Of a DNA stretch of 64,000 nucleotides, positions 10,963-21,607 are shown in pieces; positions within the stretch are counted from its first letter, which is position 1; each line of letters starts with the position of its first letter. This stretch comes from an uncultured bacterium (GTDB lineage Bacteria; Patescibacteriota; Saccharimonadia; UBA4664): NCBI GenBank assembly GCA_963720265.1, contig CAVRET010000002.1, positions 71,602 to 135,601 on the forward strand. Direction: 5' to 3'. The notes under the pieces were generated by a model, which was given only the letters and a program-made list of their open reading frames with translations, was not told the DNA's origin and did not search any database. The translations under genes and the position numbers were made by a program.

Positions 10963-13900
10963 TCACTCGCCGATCATAACGTTGCCGTTTTCGTCCACAT
11001 AGACCTCACCCGGTGCGAGTTTCTTCGGCTTTTCGGTCTTCACCTCGTTCGATTCCATTGGCTTGGTACCGGCCGTAGGCAAAATCAGCTTGCCGGGCAC
11101 TGCAGCTCCCTCGGCTTCCCCCGTCGAGGCCTGGGCGGGCTGCTGTGGCTGCGGAGGCGGCGGCGGAGGTGCGGACGGCGGAGCCGGCTTGCTCTCCGGC
11201 GGCTCAATGACCTTTTCCTTGTGGCTACCGTGATTTGCCGGCGCGTTTTCCTTATTCTTGTCGCGGTCACGCCAGTGCCGACGCTTATTGGCCTTACGAT
11301 TATCCGTTGAAACTGGGCGCTCAGCCTTGTCATCTTTGGCCGGTTTAGTCGGTTCGGGTTCAGGAGGTGGGGCTTGGGGCGCAGCCACCACTTCACTGGG
11401 AACATCTAATTTTTGGCTAGCCTCGCGCTCAGCCCGAGCTTTAGCCACATCGTCAGCTGCCAACGATTCCGCCTGCGGTACGTCCAAGTCTAAATCGTCA
11501 GATGCTGTCTGGACCACCCCGGACACCGGCATAGCTGCAGGTTGCGGTTTCGGCACATCAGGTGGCACTCCCATCATTTGTCCCGGATGTTTAATAACGG
11601 CAGCCTCAGGCTCGGCTCGGGCTTGCTGGACTGTGAGCACCGGCTCAGGCGTAGCAGGTGCAGCCAGAGGAGATGGTGGTGTTGGCTCAGGCCGTGGGGG
11701 CGGTACAGGCTTTGGCGCAGGCACTGGCGGCAGAGGTTCGGGTGTGGGCTCACGCACAGGCTCGGGCGCAGGGGCCGGCGGTCCCTGCGAGGCCGGTTCG
11801 CGTACTGGCGCTGGCTGAGTCGGTACCGGTGGGGGCGGCGGGGGCGCGGATACCGGTACGGACTGCGGAGCTAACGCGGCCGCCTCAGCCGCCTCTTCAC
11901 GCTTCAACTCACGCTGCAATTCCTCGCGTTTCGACTCAATTGGCTCGGTCGGCTGAATCACCTTAATGCCATGATGTTCAGACACCGGGACCAGCTCTTC
12001 CTTGGGCTGCAACTTCGTCGTCTTCGGTATCGGTAACCGACGATGCCGCTCCACTGATGAATCAAGCAACGACGTTCCGACCAACGCGTCGATCTGCTTC
12101 TCGACCTCATTGATTTGCTCAGCAGCCTGCGGCTGTGGCGCCACTACCACGGGCTGAACCTCCGCCGGCTCAGGCGCAACCGGCTCAGGCGACAAGATAG
12201 GTTCAGGAGTGGATGGTGGCACGGGTCTAGGCGCCAAAGCGGGAGCCAGCCTTACAGCCGGGAGTGGCTCCGGCGCCGGTGGGGTGGGTTCTATGGCTGG
12301 TTGCTCAGGCTGAGGTTCAGGTTCCGGCACTGGTTGCGGAGCAGGTGCAGGGACTGTAACAGGAGCCGAAGACTCAGGTTCTGGTTCTAGCGCTGGTGGC
12401 GGAAGTGGAGGTTCCGGCATTGGCTCGGGTTGCGGTATAAGCTCCGGTTCCGGTTCTGGCACGGGCAGGGGCGGCGGAGTTGGCGCAGGCTCGGGCACTG
12501 TTGGCGCCGCAACCGCCGGCATTGATTGGTCAATAAACGTCACACCCGGCGGCAAACCCTCGGTTGACATCAGACCCGAATCCGCTGAGGCGGGTTGCTC
12601 CGGCGCCGGCTTCGCTCCCGGATCAAGTACTTGGATCAGGTCCTCAGCGCCCTCCTCACTCGGCTGTGGTGGGGGAGCTACTGACGGCTGCATAGCGGCA
12701 GACCCGGCAACGCTCGCCGGCAAGCCAGAATCCGCCGCCGGGCCCATCGTCGGCCGCGCCGGCGTCTTACCACCGGTAATGTCGCTCAGCGATAATGTTC
12801 CGGGCGCGCTTGGCGCACTCGACCCAACTGGAGGGCGTAATGGCGACGGGGGTGGCGGTGGCACTGGTGGAGCCTCAACCGTTACGGTTGGTGCCTGCGC
12901 CACCGGCGAAGCATACGTAGTCTCTTCCATGACAGGTAACGGCTGTGGGGGCTGTGGAATCTGCTGTACCGGCGCTACCGGTGCTGGAGGAGGTGGCATG
13001 GATGGTAAGGGTAGAGGTGGCAGTGAGACAGGGGCCGGCTGTGGTGGAGGCGGTGGCGGTACTGGAGGTGTTGGCGGCGGAGCAGGCGCAGCGGCTGACG
13101 CCACTCCTTGCCCGTACAGGTCGATCGGCTGCATTGCAGCTCCAGCAGGCTGAATGGGAGCAGGTGCCGGCGGAGGAACCGGTGCCACGGGCAACGGGGG
13201 CGCCTGAACGGCCGCTACTTGACCACCCAAGGCTCCGGCCATACCCGCGAGACCCACTTGAGTAGCGGGATTTACGGCTGCAGGCTGCGGAGCCGGTGGC
13301 GGTACGGCGACTGGTGGCGCAACCGACCGCGCCGGCCGACCTGATAGCCGGTCCAAAATATCTTGCTCGACTTGAGCCCGCGCGTGGCCGAACTTAGCCG
13401 CGCTCAGTTGCTTAATCGCCTGCCCCAGCTCCAGGTTCGCACTCCCCAACGGCGGCGAATCGCGAATCGTAAACGGTTGACTCGGCAACCCGCCAATCAT
13501 GAGCCGCATGGCCGCGTTAAAGTTTGGCAAGTTCACCAGATCCCCAGCATCAAACACCGGCGAAAATTGCTTTACCATGAACTCAGCGTCTTCCGGTCCC
13601 ATCCGGTGTGCCACAATCGTACCGATATTGCCAAACACCGCATCGCGAATCTCCGGCCTGAGTTGGCCGATAAACTGGTTCGCCACGATCAGATTCAACC
13701 GATATTTCCTAGCCTCGCTCAAAATGCTCGCAAAGCTGTCGGTCGAAAAATTCTGAAACTCATCCACGTACAGCGCAAAGTCCGGCCGCTGATCTTCCGG
13801 CACCTCAGCCCGGCTCATGGCCGCCGCCTGGAACTTAATCACAAAAATCATACCGAGCAGTTGTGAGTTGAGCTCCCCTATTCGCCCCTTGCTCAGGTTC

Positions 13901-15768
13901 ACGATCAAGATCCGCCGCTGGTCCATCACCTCGCGCAAGTTAAACGCACTCTGCGTTTGACCGATAATGTTGCGCATCATTTCGTTGTTCATGAAAGCGC
14001 CAAATTTCGATACAAACCAGCCGAGCATTTCACTCTTGTGGTAGTCGCTCGTCTGGCCCATCTCTTTCGTCCAAAAATCGATCACGGTCGGATCACGCAA
14101 GTATTTGAACTTGTTCTTGAGGTACTCGGTGTCCGTAAACACCTTCGGAATCTCAATGAATGTACTGCCGTTCGGGTCGCTCATAAGCGTCAGTGCGGCA
14201 TTCCGGTACCAATGCTCGTACCGCGGTCCGATAATACCGGTGTGTCCGGGGTCGTACAGTTTGTACAGCATGTTGATCGTTTCTTGGACAATAAAGTCCT
14301 TTTGGGATGGATCCGTAAACTCAAACAAGTTGAGCCCCAATGGATAGTCGGTGTCTGCCGGGTTAAAGTAAATTACGTCCTCAGCCCGCTCTTTGGGCAC
14401 AAGCGCCAGCAGCTTCTCGGCCGAGTCGCCGTGAGGATCAATGAAGGCAAACCCGTTGCCCGCCAGCATGTCCTGCACTGCCAGGTTTTCGAGCATAGTC
14501 GACTTACCGGTGCCAGTTTGGCCCAAAATATAGGTATGCCGTCGTCGGTCCTCAGGACTCAGCCGGATTTCCTTTTGCACACCACGAAATTCGTTGTAGC
14601 CAAACAGGAGTCCCACCGGCGACACCTGGATCGGACCATCCACCTGCTTCGACTGCATCCGCTCCACTGCCGTACTCGGTGTAAACTGCGAATCCGGCAG
14701 ATGGAATAGCGTAGCCAGTTCTTCGCTCGATAACACCCCGCCTTTCAGCTCCGGCGGGAAAAAACGAAAAATAAATGCCGTCACCAGGCCTTGCACATCA
14801 AGCGCCGGCAAAAACTTAAACCCGTTCAATCCCGGGGTATCGAACAGCGCAAACGCCGTCGCGATATCCCTCAGTTCCTGCTGACTTCTAGCCACCGAAT
14901 CGGTCGATACCACTACCCGCACCAGGGCGTCAAAACCCGGGTGTTTGGTTTTTTCCTCGATCTGCTCCACCGCCGCCAGTTCCAGATTGGAAGCCAAGGG
15001 CACGCCGGCATCTTTCTCATCTGCTCGTCTGGCCGATGGCGCTTTGAGCGCAGCCTGAACTAAATCCTGCGGGGTAAATCCGAGTCCGGCTCCGCGGCCC
15101 TTGCGCAACCCATCGGCGACCACTGCCGACCGCCTAACCCACGTCGGGTTCGCCGGCCGAAGCATGATCTGAATCGCCGCACCGTCGGTACTGCCAAGGC
15201 TGGACAAAATGGCCAAGATTGCTTCCATCGGGTCGCGCTCAAGCGTTTTGTAGGTCGCGATCGGGTAGGCGCCTTCAGTTCGTAGCACCATTTCGCCGCC
15301 CATGGTCGCAGCCAACCGCCCCTCACGGTTAAAAATGTTGTAATCCTCAGTTTCTTCCAGCCGTGCACCCGGATAGGCCGTCAGAATCGCCTGCTTCACC
15401 AGGCTCACCAGTGGCACGGGAACGGCCGCGTAAAAGTGCACCACCCCACCGTTCGCAATCAGCTCCAGCGCAATCTGCCGCTGTCCGTACAGTCTAGCCT
15501 TGACGCCGGCCGTAGCCGTGCCGGCCAGCAAGTTGTATAGCACCTCAGCCTGAGCCACCTTTTCGCGCATGACCTCGCGCACGTCCCGGCTGCCAGCCGT
15601 GGTATCCTCCGACTGCGGCGGCAAATGAATCAGGATTGGCACCATCTTTAAGCCGCGCTCAATGGCCTTGGCCCGCCTGAGTTTGCGCTTGTATGTAAAG
15701 TAGGCCACGTAGCCTAAGCCCCCGGCCAGTGCAAAGAATATCAGCACTATGACGATGATTACGCTCAC
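10963..15768 (-). CDS. VirD4/TraD-like coupling ATPase with ~800-aa Pro-rich C-terminal tail
   Basis: N-terminal TM, Walker A GQTGTGKS, IDPHGD, YVDEFQNF, SEARKY, then long P/E/A/Q low-complexity tail. Confidence 0.88.
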   Translation of the reverse strand: MSVIIVIVLIFFALAGGLGYVAYFTYKRKLRRAKAIERGLKMVPILIHLPPQSEDTTAGSRDVREVMREKVAQAEVLYNLLAGTATAGVKARLYGQRQIALELIANGGVVHFYAAVPVPLVSLVKQAILTAYPGARLEETEDYNIFNREGRLAATMGGEMVLRTEGAYPIATYKTLERDPMEAILAILSSLGSTDGAAIQIMLRPANPTWVRRSAVVADGLRKGRGAGLGFTPQDLVQAALKAPSARRADEKDAGVPLASNLELAAVEQIEEKTKHPGFDALVRVVVSTDSVARSQQELRDIATAFALFDTPGLNGFKFLPALDVQGLVTAFIFRFFPPELKGGVLSSEELATLFHLPDSQFTPSTAVERMQSKQVDGPIQVSPVGLLFGYNEFRGVQKEIRLSPEDRRRHTYILGQTGTGKSTMLENLAVQDMLAGNGFAFIDPHGDSAEKLLALVPKERAEDVIYFNPADTDYPLGLNLFEFTDPSQKDFIVQETINMLYKLYDPGHTGIIGPRYEHWYRNAALTLMSDPNGSTFIEIPKVFTDTEYLKNKFKYLRDPTVIDFWTKEMGQTSDYHKSEMLGWFVSKFGAFMNNEMMRNIIGQTQSAFNLREVMDQRRILIVNLSKGRIGELNSQLLGMIFVIKFQAAAMSRAEVPEDQRPDFALYVDEFQNFSTDSFASILSEARKYRLNLIVANQFIGQLRPEIRDAVFGNIGTIVAHRMGPEDAEFMVKQFSPVFDAGDLVNLPNFNAAMRLMIGGLPSQPFTIRDSPPLGSANLELGQAIKQLSAAKFGHARAQVEQDILDRLSGRPARSVAPPVAVPPPAPQPAAVNPATQVGLAGMAGALGGQVAAVQAPPLPVAPVPPPAPAPIQPAGAAMQPIDLYGQGVASAAAPAPPPTPPVPPPPPPQPAPVSLPPLPLPSMPPPPAPVAPVQQIPQPPQPLPVMEETTYASPVAQAPTVTVEAPPVPPPPPSPLRPPVGSSAPSAPGTLSLSDITGGKTPARPTMGPAADSGLPASVAGSAAMQPSVAPPPQPSEEGAEDLIQVLDPGAKPAPEQPASADSGLMSTEGLPPGVTFIDQSMPAVAAPTVPEPAPTPPPLPVPEPEPELIPQPEPMPEPPLPPPALEPEPESSAPVTVPAPAPQPVPEPEPQPEQPAIEPTPPAPEPLPAVRLAPALAPRPVPPSTPEPILSPEPVAPEPAEVQPVVVAPQPQAAEQINEVEKQIDALVGTSLLDSSVERHRRLPIPKTTKLQPKEELVPVSEHHGIKVIQPTEPIESKREELQRELKREEAAEAAALAPQSVPVSAPPPPPPVPTQPAPVREPASQGPPAPAPEPVREPTPEPLPPVPAPKPVPPPRPEPTPPSPLAAPATPEPVLTVQQARAEPEAAVIKHPGQMMGVPPDVPKPQPAAMPVSGVVQTASDDLDLDVPQAESLAADDVAKARAEREASQKLDVPSEVVAAPQAPPPEPEPTKPAKDDKAERPVSTDNRKANKRRHWRDRDKNKENAPANHGSHKEKVIEPPESKPAPPSAPPPPPPQPQQPAQASTGEAEGAAVPGKLILPTAGTKPMESNEVKTEKPKKLAPGEVYVDENGNVMIGE

Positions 15769-15790
15769 CTCACCGACCTCGCCCTAGTCA

Positions 15791-16267
15791 CTAAGCTGCT
15801 CCGGGTTTACCTGCCGCACTACCCCCTTGGTCCTTGTCCTTCGTGTTTGGATCACCGACCGACAGTCCGTAGCGCTTCTGCAAATAGTCCTCCTGCAGCT
15901 CTTCGATTGCCTCTTCCTCGCCGTGTGGGTCGCCGGCGTGCAACCGTACCTGCTCTTCCGCCTTGTTGACCCACTCCGGCTCAATCACATCGACATCCCC
16001 GGCTACAACCGGTGTCGGCACCACACCACCGCCGCTCACCTGTGGCGGCCCACCCGGCACGGCCGCAATCGCCGCCGCTACATCGGCCGGGCTCAGTCGC
16101 TGCTGTGAGCCGCCCGTTGGCTGGCCGCCTGTCGCGGCCCCCGTCTGTGGCGACAACTCCGGCTGCGCGGGCATCTCGCCACCCATCGGTTGCATGCCTT
16201 CCGGCCGCCCGCCCTGCGGTACCTCACCCGCCCCGGTTCCATTCGTAGGCAATGGTTGCTCGTTCAT
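15791..16267 (-). CDS. Hypothetical protein
   Basis: Co-oriented directly upstream of the coupling ATPase; helical-looking C-terminus (DVIEPEWVNKA...YLQKRYG). Confidence 0.7.
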   Translation of the reverse strand: MNEQPLPTNGTGAGEVPQGGRPEGMQPMGGEMPAQPELSPQTGAATGGQPTGGSQQRLSPADVAAAIAAVPGGPPQVSGGGVVPTPVVAGDVDVIEPEWVNKAEEQVRLHAGDPHGEEEAIEELQEDYLQKRYGLSVGDPNTKDKDQGGSAAGKPGAA

Positions 16268-16316
16268 TACCCGAAATTATATCATATATCACGCTTATGC
16301 TCGAACTAACTTGGGC

Positions 16317-17768
16317 TTAGTTGTGCACCCACACTGGCGTGCCAATAGTCGTCCAACCATACAAGAACTTGGCCGTGGCCAGCGGCAAGTTCACACACCC
16401 GTGCGACCCATCGTAGTAGTACCCGAATGGACCAGATGTTTCGCCAAAGTTGCCGTTACGCCAGCTCGCATCATGCAGCCCAAAGCCCTGGTAAAATGCC
16501 ATCCAGTACTGCACAAAATCATCATAGTCGTACGCCGGACCATAGGCATAGCCCACCAAGTCCGTATCCGTCTTCTTTTGGTAAATATGAAACATCCCGG
16601 TCACAGTCGGAAAACCAGCCCCCGTCGCACCGCTCGTTATTGGCGAGTCGTAAATCACCTGGCCGTTTTGCCACACCCACAAATGCTGCTTCGATAAATT
16701 CACCTCAACGTACTGCGGCAAATTAAGCGCTGTAAGCGAGGTCGAAACCGTCGCAAAGGCCACCGGTTGCGAGGTAATCGAATACGCCAGCGGCGCCTCG
16801 TTGGTAACGGCCGCGTCGAGTGCATTTTCGAGGCCGGCCGTATCAATCGCCGTGCCGTTCACGCCTGTCCGAGTGACCTTGCTCGCACCGTTCACTATGG
16901 TCATAGTCTGATTTACCGCGGCCACATCAAGCTGCTTAGCCAGCCCCTGCACATAGCCGGCCAACTTAGAACTATCGACCTGCGGCACCAGTTTGTAAGT
17001 CAACCCGTTGGGCTGCTTGACGAAATCAAGCCACGCACCGATTTGAGCCCGCGTTGGTGTAATGGTCTGACCGTTATAGGACAACTTAACCGGTGTTGCC
17101 ATCAGCTTTGTCGCTGCCGCCAGCGTTGGCCCAAGCATCGAAACCCGAATGTCGGCCGGCTCGGCCCGCGGCACCAAGGTAAGCGCACCACTCGAATCGT
17201 TTGCAACGTTCGTCTGCACCAGCTTCTCCAAGCCAATGCGATCAACAGTCCAGCCATTCTTGTCGGGTACAGTCGTAAGTTGGCCGTTCTTCACATTCAC
17301 GGTAGCATCTACCGGCGCGACCCCAATCTTGTCCACCACACCGATCGCAAACGCATTCAGCTTTGACCAATCAAGATCATAGGCCAGCGGCACCGGATCT
17401 TGGCTGAACGGCGGCACCCAATCATCACGTCCGCTGTCATAAGCGCTATCAATCGTTGCCTCGACGTTGTATGTCACACCAAGCTGCGCCGCGCCCAGGG
17501 TGTAATGGTCGCCGCCGGCGTTCAGGTTGAGTTGAAACCCGTTTGCTTCCGCCGCCACTACCCGGCGCGCCGCCGCCAGCGACATGCCCCCCACATCCTG
17601 GCTGCCGATCACAGTCCCTGGCAGCATCCGACCGTCATACCAAGCCTGAAGTGCTAAATGCGTTGCCAGAACACAAAATACAACCGCCAGACCAATGGCC
17701 GCCAGTCGGCTGCTCGAGGTATATCCCTCACTGCCATGGAGCTCCGGCTCCAATCTCCGCCTCAGCAT
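16317..17768 (-). CDS. L,D-transpeptidase (YkuD) with PG-binding/YoaR-like domains
   Basis: N-terminal TM; VEVNLSKQ, GLHDA, SHGCVN catalytic motif. Confidence 0.9.
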   Translation of the reverse strand: MLRRRLEPELHGSEGYTSSSRLAAIGLAVVFCVLATHLALQAWYDGRMLPGTVIGSQDVGGMSLAAARRVVAAEANGFQLNLNAGGDHYTLGAAQLGVTYNVEATIDSAYDSGRDDWVPPFSQDPVPLAYDLDWSKLNAFAIGVVDKIGVAPVDATVNVKNGQLTTVPDKNGWTVDRIGLEKLVQTNVANDSSGALTLVPRAEPADIRVSMLGPTLAAATKLMATPVKLSYNGQTITPTRAQIGAWLDFVKQPNGLTYKLVPQVDSSKLAGYVQGLAKQLDVAAVNQTMTIVNGASKVTRTGVNGTAIDTAGLENALDAAVTNEAPLAYSITSQPVAFATVSTSLTALNLPQYVEVNLSKQHLWVWQNGQVIYDSPITSGATGAGFPTVTGMFHIYQKKTDTDLVGYAYGPAYDYDDFVQYWMAFYQGFGLHDASWRNGNFGETSGPFGYYYDGSHGCVNLPLATAKFLYGWTTIGTPVWVHN

Positions 17769-17794
17769 AGCACCAGTATAGCGCTAATGCTTTT

Positions 17795-20116
17795 TCAGTT
17801 ACCAGCCCTAAATATCGCGCCCAACTTGCGCGTCAACTTTAAGCGCACGGCCCTCTCTATCTCAGTCGCCTCTGCCTCAGTCGGAGTTCGGTCATGACGC
17901 TCCACGGTTAAACGCAAGGTCAACGCTTTCTTGCCTGTTTCAATCTGGTCACCCTGATATTCATCCACGTATGTCACCGGCTGCGGAGCAACGGCACTCT
18001 CGACTTCATGCCATGTTACGGTGAGCGGTAGCTCCGCCGTAATGTCACGGCTGATCGCCGGGAACTTCGACAATCCTGCAAACTGCTTGGGGCGACTCGC
18101 ATTTAGCAGCGGCGCCAGGTCTAATTCCAGATACGCCACCTCATCACGGATTTTCATCTCCTGCAACACTTGCGGGTGCACCTGACCAAGCTCGCCGATG
18201 CGCCGCCCCCCCACCGCGACCGATCCAGTCCGTCCAGCTGCAAAGCCGGTCGGCTCTGCTATCGATTCCACGGTTAAGGTAACGTTGAGCTCCCGCGCCA
18301 ATCCGTCAACAATACCTTTCAGTTTGGCGAAGGCACCCTTTGGCCGGCGAATGGTCACGCCCAGCCTCTGCGGCTCGTTCGGCTGTTCGCCAGGCCCTTG
18401 CTTCAAGAACACGGCCGATAGTTCGTAAAACCCAACCGCCTCTGCATAGGTCCGGTTTCGCTCCAAGACCGCCATGTGGCTCGGCCACAGTGAACTCCGT
18501 AAGTAGGCCTGCTCCTGCGATAAGGGGTTCTTTAGCTTCAAATGCTCTTGTGGCAACAACCCGGCCGCCGATAACTGGCCCTCGGAGATGAAGGCGTAGG
18601 TTGTCACCTCAAACAATCCGGCCGCAAACAACACATCCCGAAGCTGACGTCGCTTGGCTCGGTCACGATCAAAAATCACTCGCCGGGGGCGCCATGCCGG
18701 CAAGGTCGAAGGTACCTGATCGTAGCCCACTACCCGTATCACCTCTTCGGCTAAATCCTCAGCCAACCGCAAGTCGGGTCGCCACCAAGGTACCTTTGAA
18801 ACCAAAATGTGATCACCCTCTGCGATTGCCTCTATTCCGAGTCGTAACAAACATTGAACTATTTCCTTACTCGAAAAATCTCGACCCACAAACCGCTCAA
18901 GCCATATCCGATCAAATGTAATCGAATATGCTGCCGGTTTAGCTTGGAGCGCATCACTGACGCCGACAAGTCGTGCACCAGCCACTTCCGTCAGTAGCTG
19001 TTCGGCGCGCGACATTGCAAAAGCCGGCAGCTCTACCGGTAGACCACGTTCAAACCTGGCACTGGCTTCGGTCCTCAGCCCATGCCGCTGCGCCGTCTTG
19101 CGCACTGTCGCTGCGTCAAACACTGCCGCTTCCAAAAGAATCTCAGTCGTTGCGGTCGTTACCTCTGTAGCCGCTCCGCCCATGACACCGGCTAGCGCAA
19201 TCGGCCCCGATGCATCTGTAATAATCAAGTCTTCAGGTGTGAGCCGCCGCTCTACCCCGTCGAGGGTCGTAAGCTCTTCTCCCGCCTTTGCTCGCCTCAC
19301 CGCAATCGGTGGCTTCACTTTTGCAGCGTCGAACGCATGCAGCGGCTGCCCAATGTCGAGCATCACATAGTTGGTTACGTCCACCACTGGATGGATTGCC
19401 CGTACCCCGGCCGCCTGCAACCACGATAGCATGTCCTCCGGCGTCGAGACGCCTGTCTTCACTGCAAAATGTCCAAGCATATACCGGCCGGCTTCGGTTT
19501 TTTTCTCAAGTTCCGGCCCCTTGCCTGCACGCAAAGACCGCGGCTCCTCAAGCTCAATGAGCTCACCATTGGTCATCGCAGCCACCTCTCTAGCCAAACC
19601 CAGCACACTCAAAACGTCGAAGCGATTGGCCGGGGTCTTCAAGTCGATTATCGTATCCGGGGGATAAACATTCTGCACCGCAGTACCGGGAACCGCGTCA
19701 TCTGGCAGCTCCAAGATTCCCTCATGGTCGTCACCCAGGCCAAGCTCACGTTCGCTACATAGCATGCCTTCGCTAATTTCGCCGCGCAATGTAACTTTCT
19801 CGATCTTTTCGCCGTTTGGAAGGACTGCCCCAATCTGCGCCAGCGCCACTTTGAGATCGGCTCGTACGTTCGGCGCGCCGCAGACAATCCGGAAGTCGCG
19901 CGTGCCATCTGTTACGAGCACCAAATGTAGTCGATCAGCGGCTGGATGTTGAACAACTTCTTTAACCAGACCGACGACAACCTTTTTGTCAATTTCAGCC
20001 AACAGATCAACGTGCTCAATTTCCATGCCTGCCCGCGCCAAGGCCGCCACAATTTCTTCATCACTCAACATTGTGCGACGTAGCCAAGTTTTAACCCAAG
20101 CCGATGAAACCTTCAT
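17795..20116 (-). CDS. pheT: Phenylalanyl-tRNA synthetase beta subunit
   Basis: HPAADRL, IVCGAPN, SEGMLCS, NRFDVLS..GLARE, GQPLHAFD, SARFERG. Confidence 0.97.
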   Translation of the reverse strand: MKVSSAWVKTWLRRTMLSDEEIVAALARAGMEIEHVDLLAEIDKKVVVGLVKEVVQHPAADRLHLVLVTDGTRDFRIVCGAPNVRADLKVALAQIGAVLPNGEKIEKVTLRGEISEGMLCSERELGLGDDHEGILELPDDAVPGTAVQNVYPPDTIIDLKTPANRFDVLSVLGLAREVAAMTNGELIELEEPRSLRAGKGPELEKKTEAGRYMLGHFAVKTGVSTPEDMLSWLQAAGVRAIHPVVDVTNYVMLDIGQPLHAFDAAKVKPPIAVRRAKAGEELTTLDGVERRLTPEDLIITDASGPIALAGVMGGAATEVTTATTEILLEAAVFDAATVRKTAQRHGLRTEASARFERGLPVELPAFAMSRAEQLLTEVAGARLVGVSDALQAKPAAYSITFDRIWLERFVGRDFSSKEIVQCLLRLGIEAIAEGDHILVSKVPWWRPDLRLAEDLAEEVIRVVGYDQVPSTLPAWRPRRVIFDRDRAKRRQLRDVLFAAGLFEVTTYAFISEGQLSAAGLLPQEHLKLKNPLSQEQAYLRSSLWPSHMAVLERNRTYAEAVGFYELSAVFLKQGPGEQPNEPQRLGVTIRRPKGAFAKLKGIVDGLARELNVTLTVESIAEPTGFAAGRTGSVAVGGRRIGELGQVHPQVLQEMKIRDEVAYLELDLAPLLNASRPKQFAGLSKFPAISRDITAELPLTVTWHEVESAVAPQPVTYVDEYQGDQIETGKKALTLRLTVERHDRTPTEAEATEIERAVRLKLTRKLGAIFRAGN

Positions 20117-21145
20117 CTAAAACTGCTCCAGGAATGCCAAGTCAGGCCGCCAAAATTCCCTCACATCACCGACATTGTAGCGAATTGCCGCTATTCGTTC
20201 CGGCCCGAATCCAAACGCAAACCCACTGTATCGCTTAGGATCAATCCCCACGTTTTTCAGCACCTGGGGATGCACCATGCCCGCGCCACCAAGCTCGACC
20301 CAACCGGTCCCATCGCACAAGCGACACATGTGCCCATCAATTTTTCCGGTTCCGTGGCAAATTACACATGTTGCATCCATCTCAACACTTGGTTCAGTGT
20401 AAGGAAAATAGTTCGGTCTAAGCCGCAGTTTTGCATCGTCACCTAATATGCCCCGCATCATTGCTTCAAGCGTCCCTTTTAAATCAGATACGCTCACGCC
20501 TTCGTCAACAACCAACCCCTCAAGCTGATAAAAACTCCACGAGTGCCTTGGATCCTCATCCTCATTCCGATAAACTTTACCCGGTGCAACAATCCGAATT
20601 GGCAACTCATCGCGATGAGCTTCCATGTAACGAATCTGCACCGTTGACGTGTGCGTGCGCGGCAAATGCGCCTCCTCCAAATAAAACGTGTCCTGCAAAT
20701 CTCTGGCCGGATGATCACGACCAACCAGCAGTGCTTCAAAATTATGCCACTCGGTTTCAACCTCAGGCCCTTCTGCCACCTGATAGCCCATTTGCCAAAA
20801 CACATCTACCAAATCATCAAGCACTGTCACAACTGGGTGGCGGTGGCCGAGACCAAGCGGCAAACCGGGCGCCGTCACATCAAGTGGTCGAGCCAGCTCG
20901 TTGCTCCAATCAGCCGCTTGGAGCTTGGACTGTCGGGCTTCCAGTGCCTCTAAGACGCGTTGTCTCACCGCATTGGCTGCCGCACCAGCCGCCGGCCGCT
21001 GGTCTGCAGGCAGCGACCCTACTGCACGTAGCTCTTTGGTCACGCTACCGTTGCGGCCCAAATATTCGACCCGCAATTCTTCGATCTCGCCAAGCGACGA
21101 AGCGGCCGTGATCCTCGCCAGCATTTGGTCCTGATTCATGGCCAT
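20117..21145 (-). CDS. pheS: Phenylalanyl-tRNA synthetase alpha subunit
   Basis: HPARDLQDTFY, RTHTS, FPYTEPS, GFAFGFGPER. Confidence 0.97.
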   Translation of the reverse strand: MAMNQDQMLARITAASSLGEIEELRVEYLGRNGSVTKELRAVGSLPADQRPAAGAAANAVRQRVLEALEARQSKLQAADWSNELARPLDVTAPGLPLGLGHRHPVVTVLDDLVDVFWQMGYQVAEGPEVETEWHNFEALLVGRDHPARDLQDTFYLEEAHLPRTHTSTVQIRYMEAHRDELPIRIVAPGKVYRNEDEDPRHSWSFYQLEGLVVDEGVSVSDLKGTLEAMMRGILGDDAKLRLRPNYFPYTEPSVEMDATCVICHGTGKIDGHMCRLCDGTGWVELGGAGMVHPQVLKNVGIDPKRYSGFAFGFGPERIAAIRYNVGDVREFWRPDLAFLEQF

Positions 21146-21540
21146 CGTAACCTCACATACACTTCAACAATTCCTAACAACAATGCCAGTAGTATACCAT
21201 CAAGCGTACTCAACTGATGAAGCGAACTTAAGGCCAGCAGCCCGGTCACCCAACCGCTAGCCAACAAACCTTGCCGCCATGAGTAGCGCAAGCGGTTAAG
21301 GCCGGTCGCGTGAACATGCAAAAACCATTTAACGGCATAAAGTACCAGGCAAATGGCCGCCGCCATTGTCACGAGTAACACCAAAAACCACAGTGTAACG
21401 CCGAGTGGTCCGAGCCCCAATGGATTGGTGAAAACCAGGCTCAGGCCAATCGCTGCGGCACCGATGATTAAACTTAGTACCAGTACACTCAACCAACCAA
21501 CAACAGTCACGTAACCCTCACCGTTAACGGTTACGCTCAT
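21136..21540 (-). CDS. Four-TM hypothetical membrane protein
   Basis: Hydrophobic ORF coupled to pheS; ATG at 21540 preferred because the longer start overlaps a terminator. Confidence 0.7.
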   Translation of the reverse strand: MSVTVNGEGYVTVVGWLSVLVLSLIIGAAAIGLSLVFTNPLGLGPLGVTLWFLVLLVTMAAAICLVLYAVKWFLHVHATGLNRLRYSWRQGLLASGWVTGLLALSSLHQLSTLDGILLALLLGIVEVYVRLRWP

Positions 21541-21575
21541 TATCGCACTCCGCACAGTGCGTTCGCAAACAGCGC

Positions 21576-21607
21576 AAAAACCGTCCACCGGGTGTATCGG
21601 TGGACGG
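21576..21607 (-). terminator. Intrinsic terminator
   Basis: 10-bp perfect stem CCGTCCACCG/CGGTGGACGG followed by T5 on the minus strand. Confidence 0.75.
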
